From contig OZ244960.1 of NCBI GenBank assembly GCA_965222605.1, positions 1,152,001 through 1,216,000 of the forward strand: 64,000 bases of DNA. The letters are read 5' to 3'. The notes beneath the pieces were generated by a model. The model made no database searches. It was not told the DNA's origin and saw nothing but the letters and a program-made list of their open reading frames with translations. Both the position numbers and the translations under genes were made by a program. This DNA is from Candidatus Latescibacterota bacterium (GTDB taxonomy: Bacteria; Latescibacterota; UBA2968). This document shows positions 29,431 to 41,110 of this stretch, in pieces (position 1 is the first letter of the stretch; every line of letters begins with the position of its first letter).

Positions 29431-29745
29431 ATGAACGCTGTTATTCAATCGAAAGATGAGATGCTCTCACTTTTAAAAAAAAATCAAATCGAAATAAAAA
29501 AATATGGCATTAAGCGTCTGGGGCTTTTTGGCTCGTTTGTAACAGAAAAGCATCGTGTTGATAGCGATGTTGATTTGCTTGTTGAATTCAGGTCTGGACA
29601 GAAATCATTTGATCACTTCATGCATCTGTCATTTTTTTTGGAGGATATATTGGGTCGGCGCGTTGATCTGGTGACGACGGATGCACTGAGTCCCCATCTC
29701 GGTCCACACATATTGAGTGAAGTTGAATATGTCATCTTCGATTGA
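29431..29745 (+). CDS. MNT-family nucleotidyltransferase antitoxin (MntA-like)
   Basis: LFGSF, SDVDLLVEF and LGRRVDLVT motifs; about 100 aa. Confidence 0.88.
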   Translation: MNAVIQSKDEMLSLLKKNQIEIKKYGIKRLGLFGSFVTEKHRVDSDVDLLVEFRSGQKSFDHFMHLSFFLEDILGRRVDLVTTDALSPHLGPHILSEVEYVIFD

Positions 29746-29788
29746 ATTTTTGCGTCATATTCTGGATGAAAGGAAGGAAAATGAGTGA
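29729..29788 (+). pseudogene. N-terminal remnant of a HepT/DUF86 toxin
   Basis: Overlapping ATG at 29729 reads MSSSIEFLRHILDE, a typical DUF86 start, then runs into the sulfatase RBS and stops. Confidence 0.65.
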
Positions 29789-31370
29789 AAGACCCAATAT
29801 TCTGTGGTTATCCTTAGAAGACACAAGCCCGCGATTTGGGTGTTATGGCGATGACGTAGCGCGCACGCCAAATCTCGACAAACTGGCATCGGAGGGATGT
29901 CGGTATCCCAATGCATTTTCAACGGCGGGCGTATGCGCACCGAGTCGCGCGGCAATTATCACAGGCATGTATCAAACGGCCATTGGCGCGCAGCACATGC
30001 GCACGCGCCACACCAATGCATACGCGCCGCAAATGCCCACGCCCTATGACGTAGTACCACCTCATTATGTGAAATGTTTTCCAGAATATTTGCGGATGGC
30101 CGGGTATTACTGCACGAACAACACAAAAACCGATTATCAATTTACCCCGCCGATTACCGCATGGGATGAATTGAGCGCACAAGCCCACTGGCGCAATCGC
30201 CCCGATGGCGCGCCCTTTTTTGCGGTATTTAATCGCACCGTATCGCACGAAAGCGGCATGTGGCCCGAGAAACGGACAGAAGTAGAGACCGATCCAGATT
30301 CGGTCACACTACCGCCCTATATCCCCAACACACCCAAAGCGCGGCTGGCATTGGCGCGACATTACGACAACATCGCCGACAATGATGCGTGGGTTGGCGA
30401 GATGTTACAGCAATTGGAAGATGATGGATTGGCGGACAACACTATTGTATTTATCTGGAGCGATCACGGCGAAGGACTACCCCGAGCCAAGCGCTGGCCC
30501 TATGATGCGGGCATTCGCGTACCGTGCATCGTGCGCTGGCCGGGTGAATTGGAACCGGGTAGCGTCAATGAGCGATTGGTGAGCATGGTCGATCTGGGTC
30601 CGACCGTACTATCACTCGCCGGCGAACAAATCCCAGCGCATATCCAGGGCCAACCCTTTGTGGGGCCACAGGAAAAAGACCGAGATTATATATTTGCAAT
30701 GCGAGATCGGTACGATGAATCTTATGACATGATGCGGGCAGTGCGAGATAAGCGATTCAAGTACATTCGAAACTACATGACGGAAAACCCGTATTTATTG
30801 TGGATACCCTATCGCAATCGGCATCCCGCATTGCAGGAAATGTGGCGGCTTCATCTCGCGGGCAAATTGGAAGGCGTGCAAAACGTGATGTTTCAAAAAC
30901 GCCCCGTAGAAGAATTGTACGACACGGAAAACGATCCGTTTGAAGTGAACAATCTGGCGGACGATCCCACACACGCCGAAACATTGAACCGCTTGCGCGA
31001 GGCACTGGACGACTGGCGCGAAAAATACGACGTATGGGGCGATGTGCCCGAGGATCAGATGGTATTTCGCATGTGGCAAGGAACAGAGCAACCGCAGACC
31101 GGATTGCCGGTTTTTGTGCCAATATGTGAAGAAAGCCCCGGGCGAGAGGCCGCGCCCGAAGGCGGAACCTTTAAGGGACCGATAATCGTACAGTTTTACT
31201 GTGGCACACAGGGCGCGTCAATGGCATATCAACTCGCAGGCGATGAACACTGGCGATTGTACACCGGACCCATTCCCCTGCCAAAAGGCGAGACCACGAT
31301 TCGCGCCAAAGCTATCCGGATTGGATACAAAGAAAGTGAAGAAGTCGAAGCGACTTTTGTCGTAACCTGA
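29781..31370 (+). CDS. sulfatase with C-terminal Fn3/CHB-like extension
   Basis: PNILW, CAPSR, SDHGEGLPRAKRW and EELYD-DP motifs. Confidence 0.9.
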   Translation: MSERPNILWLSLEDTSPRFGCYGDDVARTPNLDKLASEGCRYPNAFSTAGVCAPSRAAIITGMYQTAIGAQHMRTRHTNAYAPQMPTPYDVVPPHYVKCFPEYLRMAGYYCTNNTKTDYQFTPPITAWDELSAQAHWRNRPDGAPFFAVFNRTVSHESGMWPEKRTEVETDPDSVTLPPYIPNTPKARLALARHYDNIADNDAWVGEMLQQLEDDGLADNTIVFIWSDHGEGLPRAKRWPYDAGIRVPCIVRWPGELEPGSVNERLVSMVDLGPTVLSLAGEQIPAHIQGQPFVGPQEKDRDYIFAMRDRYDESYDMMRAVRDKRFKYIRNYMTENPYLLWIPYRNRHPALQEMWRLHLAGKLEGVQNVMFQKRPVEELYDTENDPFEVNNLADDPTHAETLNRLREALDDWREKYDVWGDVPEDQMVFRMWQGTEQPQTGLPVFVPICEESPGREAAPEGGTFKGPIIVQFYCGTQGASMAYQLAGDEHWRLYTGPIPLPKGETTIRAKAIRIGYKESEEVEATFVVT

Positions 31371-31443
31371 TCGCGAAAGTACTCAGATGCGAATTGCAAC
31401 TTTGACATGTCCGGTAAAAAACCTGGGCTGAAATAGGAGGTAT

Positions 31444-32184
31444 ATGGTGCACAGGATGCAAATACTGAATAACAGCATTTCAGCACATGCTTTACTGCTC
31501 TTATTGGTGGGAGTGGCGATGATCTCTACATCGCAAGCACAAGACCTCATGGAGCGATTGCGAGAACGTATGGTAAAGACACAGATTGAAAACCGAGGGG
31601 TTAAAGACCCCGCTGTCCTGGAGGCGATGCGAAAAGTGGAGCGCCACCAGTTTGTGCCCGAGTCTTATGCTTCACGAGCATACAGCGATCATCCATTGCC
31701 CATTGGCGAGGGACAGACCATTTCTCAACCATATATTGTCGCGCTAATGACCGAAGTGTTGAATTTGAAGAAGTCGGATAAAGTGCTGGAAATTGGGACG
31801 GGATCGGGATATCAGGCGGCGATTCTGGGCGAGTTGTGTGACAGCATCTACACCATAGAGATTGTGGAAGTGCTGGGCAAGCGCGCCGCAAACTTGCTCA
31901 ACACATTGGGATATGACAATATCAAAGTAAAAGTTGGCGATGGGTACAAAGGATGGGCAGAACATGCACCATTTGATGCGATTATTGTAACGTGTTCACC
32001 AACGCAGGTTCCCCAACCCCTTCAAGAGCAACTCGCCGAAGGTGGGCGCATGGTAATCCCGGTTGGAAAACGCGACGCACAAGAACTCGTGCTATTGACC
32101 AAGCAGGAAGGCAAATTGCAACAGAAACACATTATACCTGTCAGATTCGTGCCAATGGTAGATTCCACCGGAGCGACGTATTAG
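31444..32184 (+). CDS. pcm: protein-L-isoaspartate O-methyltransferase
   Basis: GQTISQPY, VLEIGTGSGYQAA, APFDAI, GGRMVIP and VRFVPM motifs. Confidence 0.93.
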   Translation: MVHRMQILNNSISAHALLLLLVGVAMISTSQAQDLMERLRERMVKTQIENRGVKDPAVLEAMRKVERHQFVPESYASRAYSDHPLPIGEGQTISQPYIVALMTEVLNLKKSDKVLEIGTGSGYQAAILGELCDSIYTIEIVEVLGKRAANLLNTLGYDNIKVKVGDGYKGWAEHAPFDAIIVTCSPTQVPQPLQEQLAEGGRMVIPVGKRDAQELVLLTKQEGKLQQKHIIPVRFVPMVDSTGATY

Positions 32185-32194
32185 CCTCACCCCC

Positions 32195-33034
32195 TCACCT
32201 CTCAATCCACTTATACGCAGCTTTTGAATTCTTCCAGAAGAATTTTTCCATCGCTTCCGGTCCCTTGTTCTCAATATAATGGGTAACAATATTGAGCACG
32301 GTCTCGTATGGGGCTGCGCGTTCGCACACGAGCCAATTGCTGCCATAGACCAGGCGGTCTTCACCAAAAGCATGCCATAAAACATCGAGCGTGGGCACAT
32401 AATAAGCCGGATCGTCGGGAGCGGGTTGTTGGGCTGCGCGTTCAACCATACCAGATACCTTGCAATACACATTGGGGTACCTGGCAATGATTTGAATACC
32501 CTGCACCCATTCGGGGTCGGGCGCTTCACCCGTCACTTCAACATGCGCCACATGGTCAATAACAAGGCGCAGATTGGGGATTTGCTCGGCAATAGCAGCG
32601 TTAATCGGCAACTGTTTGCCATTGGTCATCAGATCGAGTTGCAGATCGCGATCAGCCAATTTTTGGAGTTGTGGCATAATGGCATCTTGATCTTCCAGAC
32701 TGCCCCGCTGAAGACCCAGGCGAATCCCGCGATAGAGTGGATTGGCTGAAAAGCGGTCGAGATTTTTCTCAAAATCTTCTGTTTTGGGATCCAGACTACC
32801 CACAAATCCAACAATACAGGGATTATCTGCTGCGAGATCCAGGATCCACTGATTGTCTTCAACGAGCTTGCTGGCTTCAACCACAACCGTACCCGTCACA
32901 CCCATCTTTTCAGTGCGTTCAACAAAATCTCGCGGCAAAATGGGGCGATAGAGCAATTCATTATCTTCGGGCGGCCAGGGAACGCCGCCGGGTCGCGTCG
33001 TGTCGTAAAAATGAACGTGCGTATCAATGATCAT
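32195..33034 (-). CDS. amidohydrolase family protein (sugar lactonase-like)
   Basis: IDTHVHF, VIDH, NVYCKVSG and FGEDRLVYGSNW motifs. Confidence 0.85.
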   Translation of the reverse strand: MIIDTHVHFYDTTRPGGVPWPPEDNELLYRPILPRDFVERTEKMGVTGTVVVEASKLVEDNQWILDLAADNPCIVGFVGSLDPKTEDFEKNLDRFSANPLYRGIRLGLQRGSLEDQDAIMPQLQKLADRDLQLDLMTNGKQLPINAAIAEQIPNLRLVIDHVAHVEVTGEAPDPEWVQGIQIIARYPNVYCKVSGMVERAAQQPAPDDPAYYVPTLDVLWHAFGEDRLVYGSNWLVCERAAPYETVLNIVTHYIENKGPEAMEKFFWKNSKAAYKWIER

Positions 33035-33064
33035 GGGCATATCCTTTCCGATCAAACAGGTAGC

Positions 33065-33937
33065 TTATTTAATTCCCGCCATTTTCCTCAGCACTTCGAC
33101 AATGGCGGAGTTGTCCTGTTCTGCAAGACCAAGCGCGACGCCCGTACGCAAAAGTTGGGCGTGCAGCCCGGTTACCGGCAAAGGCGTTTCCGTGCGCGCG
33201 CCGAGGTCCAGGATGAGTTCCACATCTTTTAAGTGCTGATCCAATGCAGCCTGAGTGGTAAAATCTCCGGTGATCATTTTTTCGCCTTTAATATCCATTA
33301 CGCGAGAATACGCACCGCCCATCTTAAAAACATCGAGCAGAACATCGATGTCCACCCCGGTTTTTTGTGCGAGAACGAGACCCTCGGCCAATACCAGACG
33401 GTTGAGACCAAGCACGAGATTGACAATGAGTTTGGCTTCGGCACCTTTGCCCGAAGGCCCCATGTGAAAGGTCATGAGAGAAAAAGCTTCAAAAATATCC
33501 GTACACAGTTCAAAGACGGGTAACGTGCCGCCGACCATCACGAGAACATCTGATTCGCGCACCTGCTTGCTGGATCCGAGAATGGTCGCGTCGAGAAAGC
33601 GAATACTTCTGCTTTCAAGACGCCTGGCAAGAGCAGTTGACATCTGCGGATCGCCTGTAGTAGTATCTACGATAATTGCGCCGGGAGATGCCGCAGACAA
33701 AATGCCCCTCGCGCCTGTAACCACATCGTTGACAACATAAGAGTCGGGAAGCGAAAGGACGATGCGACGCGCTTTATCGGCGACATCAGCGGGAGATTTG
33801 CAGGACGTAAAACCGTCGCCTTCATGTGCCTTTATTTTTTCGGGATCAATATCATACCCCGCAATTTCTAAACCTTTGGCGCGAAAGCGCTCAACAAGTG
33901 CTGATCCAACAAGTCCGAGTCCGATAAGACCGAGCAT
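33065..33937 (-). CDS. NAD(P)-dependent beta-hydroxyacid dehydrogenase (3-hydroxyisobutyrate DH family)
   Basis: GLIGLGLVG, FLDA-ILG, MVGG, KLIVN and KD motifs. Confidence 0.88.
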   Translation of the reverse strand: MLGLIGLGLVGSALVERFRAKGLEIAGYDIDPEKIKAHEGDGFTSCKSPADVADKARRIVLSLPDSYVVNDVVTGARGILSAASPGAIIVDTTTGDPQMSTALARRLESRSIRFLDATILGSSKQVRESDVLVMVGGTLPVFELCTDIFEAFSLMTFHMGPSGKGAEAKLIVNLVLGLNRLVLAEGLVLAQKTGVDIDVLLDVFKMGGAYSRVMDIKGEKMITGDFTTQAALDQHLKDVELILDLGARTETPLPVTGLHAQLLRTGVALGLAEQDNSAIVEVLRKMAGIK

Positions 33938-34159
33938 GGGACCTCCTGTAAAAAAAAATAATTTCAGAAGCCGTATCGCGCACGGCAGGAGAATATATCA
34001 AATATTGAGACAATACGGGCCTTTGTAGGGCCGGTGCTTACAAAAATACTGTACAATCAGATTCTTGCCAAATAAGAAAATAGTGTTGAATCCCTGCGGA
34101 CATTGTTTATCTTAAGATCACAAAAATATGCCTGAAAACATCCAAAATAGGAGCTATAG

Positions 34160-34903
34160 ATGAGCTTGGAACCCATTCAAACACCGGACATAGAACGTCC
34201 ACCAAAAGCACTGATTGACGCGTTATCACATATTGGCAGTGCCACAGCCAGTGGGGAATTATTTAAGCTGGGCATCCGCAATGCCCAGATTTTGGGACCA
34301 CTTCCCCGAACGCCGGGCAAATCAATTTGTGGCCCGGCACTGACGCTACAATTTATGCCCAAACGAGAAGATTTGCATTCATCGGGAGAATATCAAGGAC
34401 CAGAAAGACAATTGCATCGCCATGTGCTATATCACACACAACCGGGCGATGTGGTCGTAGTCGATGCTCGGGGCGACATGAGCAGTGGCGTTTTTGGCGA
34501 GATGATGCTGACCTATTTTTGCGGTCAGGGCGGTCAAGGCGCAATTGTCGATGGTTGTATTCGCGACTTTCCCCACGCGCAGGAATTGGACCTCGGCTTA
34601 TGGCTTAAAGGAACAACGCCCAATTTCCACGCACAGACCAATATCTTTCCCCACGCCGTGAATGTCCCGATAGCGTGTGGTGGCACACTTGTAATGCCCG
34701 GCGATATTATTGTTGCCGACGACGATGGCGCCGTGGTAGTGCCGAGTAAACTCGCGCCTGAATTGGCAGAAAAAGCGACCGAACACGCCGAATGGGAAGT
34801 CTTTAGCCGCATGAAACTCGCCGAAGGCGGCGACCTGCGAAAATATTATCCACTGACAGATGAAGCGCGGGTTGAATATGAGGCCTGGCAAAAGGAACAA
34901 TAG
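34160..34903 (+). CDS. RraA / HMG-aldolase family protein
   Basis: GPALT, GDVVVVDA, VFGEMM, DGCIRD and PGDIIVADDDG motifs. Confidence 0.85.
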   Translation: MSLEPIQTPDIERPPKALIDALSHIGSATASGELFKLGIRNAQILGPLPRTPGKSICGPALTLQFMPKREDLHSSGEYQGPERQLHRHVLYHTQPGDVVVVDARGDMSSGVFGEMMLTYFCGQGGQGAIVDGCIRDFPHAQELDLGLWLKGTTPNFHAQTNIFPHAVNVPIACGGTLVMPGDIIVADDDGAVVVPSKLAPELAEKATEHAEWEVFSRMKLAEGGDLRKYYPLTDEARVEYEAWQKEQ

Positions 34904-34976
34904 TCTGCCCTGTAGTGCCTGCTCACACCCTTAATGCTCAATTCGTTAGCGGTCAGACTTCGCTTATTGCGTATCT

Positions 34977-35915
34977 TTACGCCTGCGCGTGTCTGGCCGC
35001 GCCTAAAATCCCCGCATCATCTCCCAATTCAGCAGAAACAATTTGCACATGTTCTTTTACACCAACAGTACCGCGATCCCAAAAAGTTCGCATCGCCGGT
35101 TCAAAAATCCAATCACCCGCCTGCGCCAATCCACCTGTTAGCGCAACGCGATCCACATTCAATACATTCACCAAACTCACCAGCCCCACGCCGAGGAAAA
35201 ACCCCGTCTCCTCAAACATCTGCATCGCAAAATCATCACCCGTCTCTGCCGCTTCAAAAATAACCTGTGTGGTCAAACCCTCGGCTTTCAGAGACGTTTC
35301 CAGCTTTTCCCCTTCAAGCCTTTCCAACGTACGGCGCACCATGGCCGTGGCAGATGCATACATCTCCAAACATCCAAAATTGCCACACGGACAGCGCGGT
35401 CCATTGTGATCCACTGTAATATGCCCCACCTCCGCCGCATTGCCATTAAACCCGTGCATAACCCTCCCCTCGCTGATCCATCCACCGCCAACCCCTGTAC
35501 CCAGGGTCACGCACAAAAAGTGATCAACACCTCGGCCAGATCCCAGCCATTGCTCGCCATAAGCCGCTAAATTTGCATCATTATCCACCACCACGCCCAA
35601 ATCGAGCAATGCCTCCAGACGATCCTTTAACCGCACACCGTGCATACACTGCAAATTCTCGGGCGATATAATCACACCGTCAAACGGATCTAATGGGCCT
35701 GGCGCACCAACCCCTACCCCCTGTACCTCTCTCAGTGAAATCCCTCCATCTCGCGCAGCCGCACGCGCACATTCGGCAATGCCATTTACCACGCCCTCAG
35801 CACCCAGGTGCAACCGCGTCGGTCCCCGCGCCCTACCCACAATCTCACCAGACGCTGTCACAAGCCCCGCGCGCGTATTGGTGCCCCCTAAATCCACGCC
35901 AATCGTCACACTCAT
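34977..35915 (-). CDS. ROK family sugar kinase (glucokinase-like)
   Basis: GVDLGGT, DNDAN, TLGTGVGGG and EVGH...CPCGNFGCLE motifs. Confidence 0.92.
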   Translation of the reverse strand: MSVTIGVDLGGTNTRAGLVTASGEIVGRARGPTRLHLGAEGVVNGIAECARAAARDGGISLREVQGVGVGAPGPLDPFDGVIISPENLQCMHGVRLKDRLEALLDLGVVVDNDANLAAYGEQWLGSGRGVDHFLCVTLGTGVGGGWISEGRVMHGFNGNAAEVGHITVDHNGPRCPCGNFGCLEMYASATAMVRRTLERLEGEKLETSLKAEGLTTQVIFEAAETGDDFAMQMFEETGFFLGVGLVSLVNVLNVDRVALTGGLAQAGDWIFEPAMRTFWDRGTVGVKEHVQIVSAELGDDAGILGAARHAQA

Positions 35916-36553
35916 TGTTCTGCCCGCGCCTGCGCCACGGCATCTACAAACGATCTTGCCGTCGCCGTCAAAGATGCCCAGTCTTTATTTTCCACAGCCG
36001 TCTTATCGACCATCGCGCTGCCAGCCCCCACAGCCACCGCGCCATTTTTGATAAACTCAGGCGTTGTTTTGGCATCCACTCCCCCAGTGGGCATGAGCTT
36101 CACCTGTGGCAAAGGACCCAGAATATCCTTAAAATAAGACGGTCCCCCCACGCCAGCGGGAAACACCTTGACCACATCGGCCCCTGCTTGCCACGCCGTC
36201 AAAATTTCTGTAGGCGTAAACCCGGCGGGCATCACGGCCTTGCCATACCGCTTGCTCATCTCAATCACCGCCGTATTCAAAATAGGACTCACCACATATT
36301 CTGCGCCGGATAGAATCGCAGCCCGCGCCGTCTCCGGATCGAGCACAGACCCCACCCCAATAATCGTATCTTCCATCTTTACCGACGCTTCTTCAATCAC
36401 CTTTAGCGCACCCGGCACCGTCATCGTCACCTCAATCGCCACCACACCGCCTTCGCGCAACGCCTTTGACACATCCATCAACTGCGACGGATTATCTGCC
36501 CGCAACACAGCGACCACACCGCAATCAATAATGCGATCTACAGTACTTGCCAT
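35912..36553 (-). CDS. eda: KDPG/KHG aldolase
   Basis: VAVLR, IEVT, GVGSV, VVSP, TPTE, KVFPA and MPTGGV motifs. Confidence 0.92.
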   Translation of the reverse strand: MASTVDRIIDCGVVAVLRADNPSQLMDVSKALREGGVVAIEVTMTVPGALKVIEEASVKMEDTIIGVGSVLDPETARAAILSGAEYVVSPILNTAVIEMSKRYGKAVMPAGFTPTEILTAWQAGADVVKVFPAGVGGPSYFKDILGPLPQVKLMPTGGVDAKTTPEFIKNGAVAVGAGSAMVDKTAVENKDWASLTATARSFVDAVAQARAEQ

Positions 36554-36630
36554 TTTTTTCTCCCAAAAATTAAACCTCTCTCCAAAATAGAGAGAGGCGT
36601 TATGTATTATTAGCGCATTCATCTCAGACT

Positions 36631-37674
36631 CTATCGTCTAATCCGCGCACTCTCACCCTTCATTGCACTCTCGGCTTCCGCGCGCGTAGCCCAATTCACA
36701 TCCCCCGGGAACGTATGTGCCAGCGCAGAATAAGCACCTGCAAAATCCACGATATCCTGAGCGGGCTTGCCCTCGAGCACCCCGGCAATAATACCAGCAG
36801 AAAAATTATCGCCACCCCCCACCCGATCTACCATCTCCAAATTTTCATAAATGCGCGACAAATAAAACTCATTGCCATCGTAAAGCAACGTACGCCAATC
36901 ATTCAGCAATCCAGTCTTTGCAACGCGCAGGGTTGTGCCAACAAGCGTCACATTGGGATATTGCGATACAGCCTTGCGCGCAACATCTTTATAGCTTTCG
37001 GGATCAAGCGCGTCGTAATCGCCCGATGTGCCTTCGGCTTTAAGCCCCATTGTCTTTTCAAAATCCTCTTCATTGCCGATAAGCACCTGCACATGCGGAA
37101 TACACTTTGCAATCATCTCCTGCGCTTGTTCTGCGCTCCACAATTTGGATCTGAAATTGAGATCAAAACTCGTAGTCACACCTGCACCGCGGGCAGCTAC
37201 CAGCGCTTCTACAGTAGTCTCTGCCGCACCTTCAGACAACGCGGGTGTAATCCCACTGACGTGAAACCACTTGCTCCCTTCAAAAACAGATGCCCAATCC
37301 ACCATCCCGGGTTTGATATTCATAATCGCGGTATGGCCTCTATCATACGTCACGGCACTCGCACGCGGCCCCACGCCCACTTCCATGTGATAAAATCCAT
37401 TGCGCTCAAGCCCCACACCATCAAAATCCGTCCACAAAATATTGGACATATCCACCCCGTGCTCGCGCCCCTTGTTGCGAATAATCCAACCCGTCCAATT
37501 ATCAACCAACCGGGACACCCACGCCGCCTTCAATCCCAAATGCGCGCAACCGACCGCGACATTGTATTCCCCCCCACCGATCTCGACATCGAGCTTGCTC
37601 GCATTTTCCAATCGGCGGTATTCTGGCGAAGACAACCGAATCATCGCCTCGCCAAAAGTCACTACATCGCACAT
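36631..37674 (-). CDS. kdgK: 2-keto-3-deoxygluconate kinase (PfkB family)
   Basis: FGEAMIRLS, GGGEYNVA, FDLNFRSKLW, NEED and DRVGGGD motifs; adjacent to eda. Confidence 0.85.
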   Translation of the reverse strand: MCDVVTFGEAMIRLSSPEYRRLENASKLDVEIGGGEYNVAVGCAHLGLKAAWVSRLVDNWTGWIIRNKGREHGVDMSNILWTDFDGVGLERNGFYHMEVGVGPRASAVTYDRGHTAIMNIKPGMVDWASVFEGSKWFHVSGITPALSEGAAETTVEALVAARGAGVTTSFDLNFRSKLWSAEQAQEMIAKCIPHVQVLIGNEEDFEKTMGLKAEGTSGDYDALDPESYKDVARKAVSQYPNVTLVGTTLRVAKTGLLNDWRTLLYDGNEFYLSRIYENLEMVDRVGGGDNFSAGIIAGVLEGKPAQDIVDFAGAYSALAHTFPGDVNWATRAEAESAMKGESARIRR

Positions 37675-37702
37675 ATGGTCCTCCCTAAAAATTAGCAGTC
37701 AG

Positions 37703-38389
37703 CTACTCATCCGAACCGCCCAGAAAACCCGCCATCCAGGCAAAACGCAACAACTCCAAAACCGCCACCAGTGCTGATGCAACATAAGTCAGCGCAGCAG
37801 CATTCAAAACCTTGCGCGAAGCAGGGACTTCCTCAGGCGTCAAATATCCGCCATCGGCCAAAATCTGAATAGCCCGACTGCTGGCATTAAACTCAACCGG
37901 CAGAGTAACAATACTGAAAACCACAGCCGCAGAAAAGAATACCATACCCAAAAAAACGAGTTCAAAAATGCTAAAAAGAAATCCAGCAATAATAAAAATC
38001 CACGACAGCTTCGACCCAATATTCGCGATTGGAACCAGGCTCGTCCGAAGAGACAAAGGAACATAGCCCTGTGCGTGTTGAAACGCATGCCCTGCTTCGT
38101 GAGCAGCCACGCCAATCGCCGCTAAGGAGCGATTGCCATATACACTTTCAGACAGGCGCAGCATGCGATCTCTCGGATCGTAGTGATCTGTCAAATGCCC
38201 ATGCACAGGCTCCACGCCCACCGGCAAACCGCCTCGACGCAAAATATCTCGCGCGACATGATCCGCAGTCGCACCGCTTCGCGCAACAAATTTATCGTAT
38301 TTGCGAAACGTACTTTTCACCTTGAATTGCGCCCACAGCGTAATGGCTAATCCCAAAAACATCACCATCAAACTTTCCAGCATGACCAT
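37703..38389 (-). CDS. putative neutral zinc metallopeptidase (YugP-like)
   Basis: LTDHYDP, AAHEAGHA, TLPVEFNASSRA and AAALTYV motifs. Confidence 0.9.
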   Translation of the reverse strand: MVMLESLMVMFLGLAITLWAQFKVKSTFRKYDKFVARSGATADHVARDILRRGGLPVGVEPVHGHLTDHYDPRDRMLRLSESVYGNRSLAAIGVAAHEAGHAFQHAQGYVPLSLRTSLVPIANIGSKLSWIFIIAGFLFSIFELVFLGMVFFSAAVVFSIVTLPVEFNASSRAIQILADGGYLTPEEVPASRKVLNAAALTYVASALVAVLELLRFAWMAGFLGGSDE

Positions 38390-38404
38390 CTCCTCCTGAA
38401 TCGA

Positions 38405-39340
38405 TTAACCAAATCTCTCCCCGACCTCAATGCGATATCCCCGCACGAAATCAGCACCGGACATGCGCTTTTTACCTGCTGGTTGCACCTCTTCCAGCGC
38501 GAGAGCACCCTCGCCCGTTCCCACAATAAGTCCGCGTTTGCCATCTGCCTCAATTACAGCACCCGCTTCTCCCATCCCCGTGTCAACCGTTGCCCGGTGA
38601 ACCTTCAGCAATTTGTTGCGCCACAGAGTAAACGCCCCCGGAAAAGGATTGGTTCCCCGAATGAGATTGCGAATATCTCCAGCACTTTTTGACCAATCAA
38701 TCCCGCCGTCCTCTTTTTCTAATTTGGGGGCGCGACTCAACCCTTCATCCGTTTGCGGCATGGGCATAACAGAACCATCTGCCATGCCATCAATAGCCCG
38801 AATGAGCAACTCGGCGCCCTTCATTTTCAACCGCTCATAAAGTTCGCCCGCCGTCTCATCGTCCCCAATTACCAACCTTTGCTGAACTAAAATATCGCCG
38901 GCATCCACGCGCGGCGACAGTTGAAAAATGGTCACACCCGTCTCGGTCTCACCATTGATAATTGCCCATTGAATAGGCGCTGCCCCGCGGTATTTGGGCA
39001 ACAGGGATGGGTGGACATTCACAGAACCCAATTTTGGAATCGCCAGCACAGAACGCGGCAAAATCAGAAAAGCCACCACCGCGAGCAAATCTGGTTCCAA
39101 AGCCTGCAACTGCGCGTGAAAACTCTCATCTCTAAGCGACTCGGGCTGCAAAACCGGCACATCCAATCCCAGCGACGCAACCGCAGCCTTCACATCGGTT
39201 GGTTGCATCTGCTGACCCCGACCGCGTGGCCTATCTGGCCGCGTCACCACGCCCACCAGATCATGACCGCTTTGAGCCACGCCCACAAGCGACGGCACCG
39301 CAAAATCGGGCGTGCCCATAAACACCACCCTCATCACCAA
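38405..39340 (-). CDS. fmt: methionyl-tRNA formyltransferase
   Basis: FMGTPDFA, TRPDRPRGRG and NVHPSLLPKYRGAAPI motifs. Confidence 0.96.
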   Translation of the reverse strand: MVMRVVFMGTPDFAVPSLVGVAQSGHDLVGVVTRPDRPRGRGQQMQPTDVKAAVASLGLDVPVLQPESLRDESFHAQLQALEPDLLAVVAFLILPRSVLAIPKLGSVNVHPSLLPKYRGAAPIQWAIINGETETGVTIFQLSPRVDAGDILVQQRLVIGDDETAGELYERLKMKGAELLIRAIDGMADGSVMPMPQTDEGLSRAPKLEKEDGGIDWSKSAGDIRNLIRGTNPFPGAFTLWRNKLLKVHRATVDTGMGEAGAVIEADGKRGLIVGTGEGALALEEVQPAGKKRMSGADFVRGYRIEVGERFG

Positions 39341-39351
39341 TTTTCACCTTT

Positions 39352-40954
<1,603 letters not shown>

Positions 40955-40986
40955 CTAAAAACAATCGCTTAAAAGAAACGCGGCTC

Positions 40987-41015
40987 AATATAACATCCCA
41001 TCTCTCATGCGTCAA
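40987..41015 (-). promoter_or_regulatory. sigma70 promoter for tgt-yajC-fmt
   Basis: Minus strand TTGACG-17 nt-TATATT. Confidence 0.7.
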
Positions 41016-41026
41016 GGAACACATCG

Positions 41027-41110
41027 GTAAAACGTAAGAAGTAAGACGCGAGAGGATATTGGGGCGGTGTTGGGTGGACTTCTACCTTCTCACTTTTCAC
41101 TTCTCACTTC
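41027..41110. repeat. heptamer-periodic palindromic element E5
   Basis: GTAAAAC GTAAGAA GTAAGAC GCGAGAG, spacer, TTCTACC TTCTCAC TTTTCAC TTCTCAC. Shares GGGTGGACTTCT with E3 and contains the stop of 41090..42307. Confidence 0.85.

Noticed and set aside
36715-37695. 326-aa plus-strand ORF and other long antisense ORFs (38921..39814, 53804..54667, 54876..55775, 61807..62565)
   Set aside because: They lie opposite well-supported genes and have no recognisable motifs; treated as shadow ORFs.
37692-37705. TAGCTGACTGCTAA (minus strand) at a stop codon as a sixth heptamer element
   Set aside because: Only two weak units and a 4-bp stem; too short to distinguish from chance.
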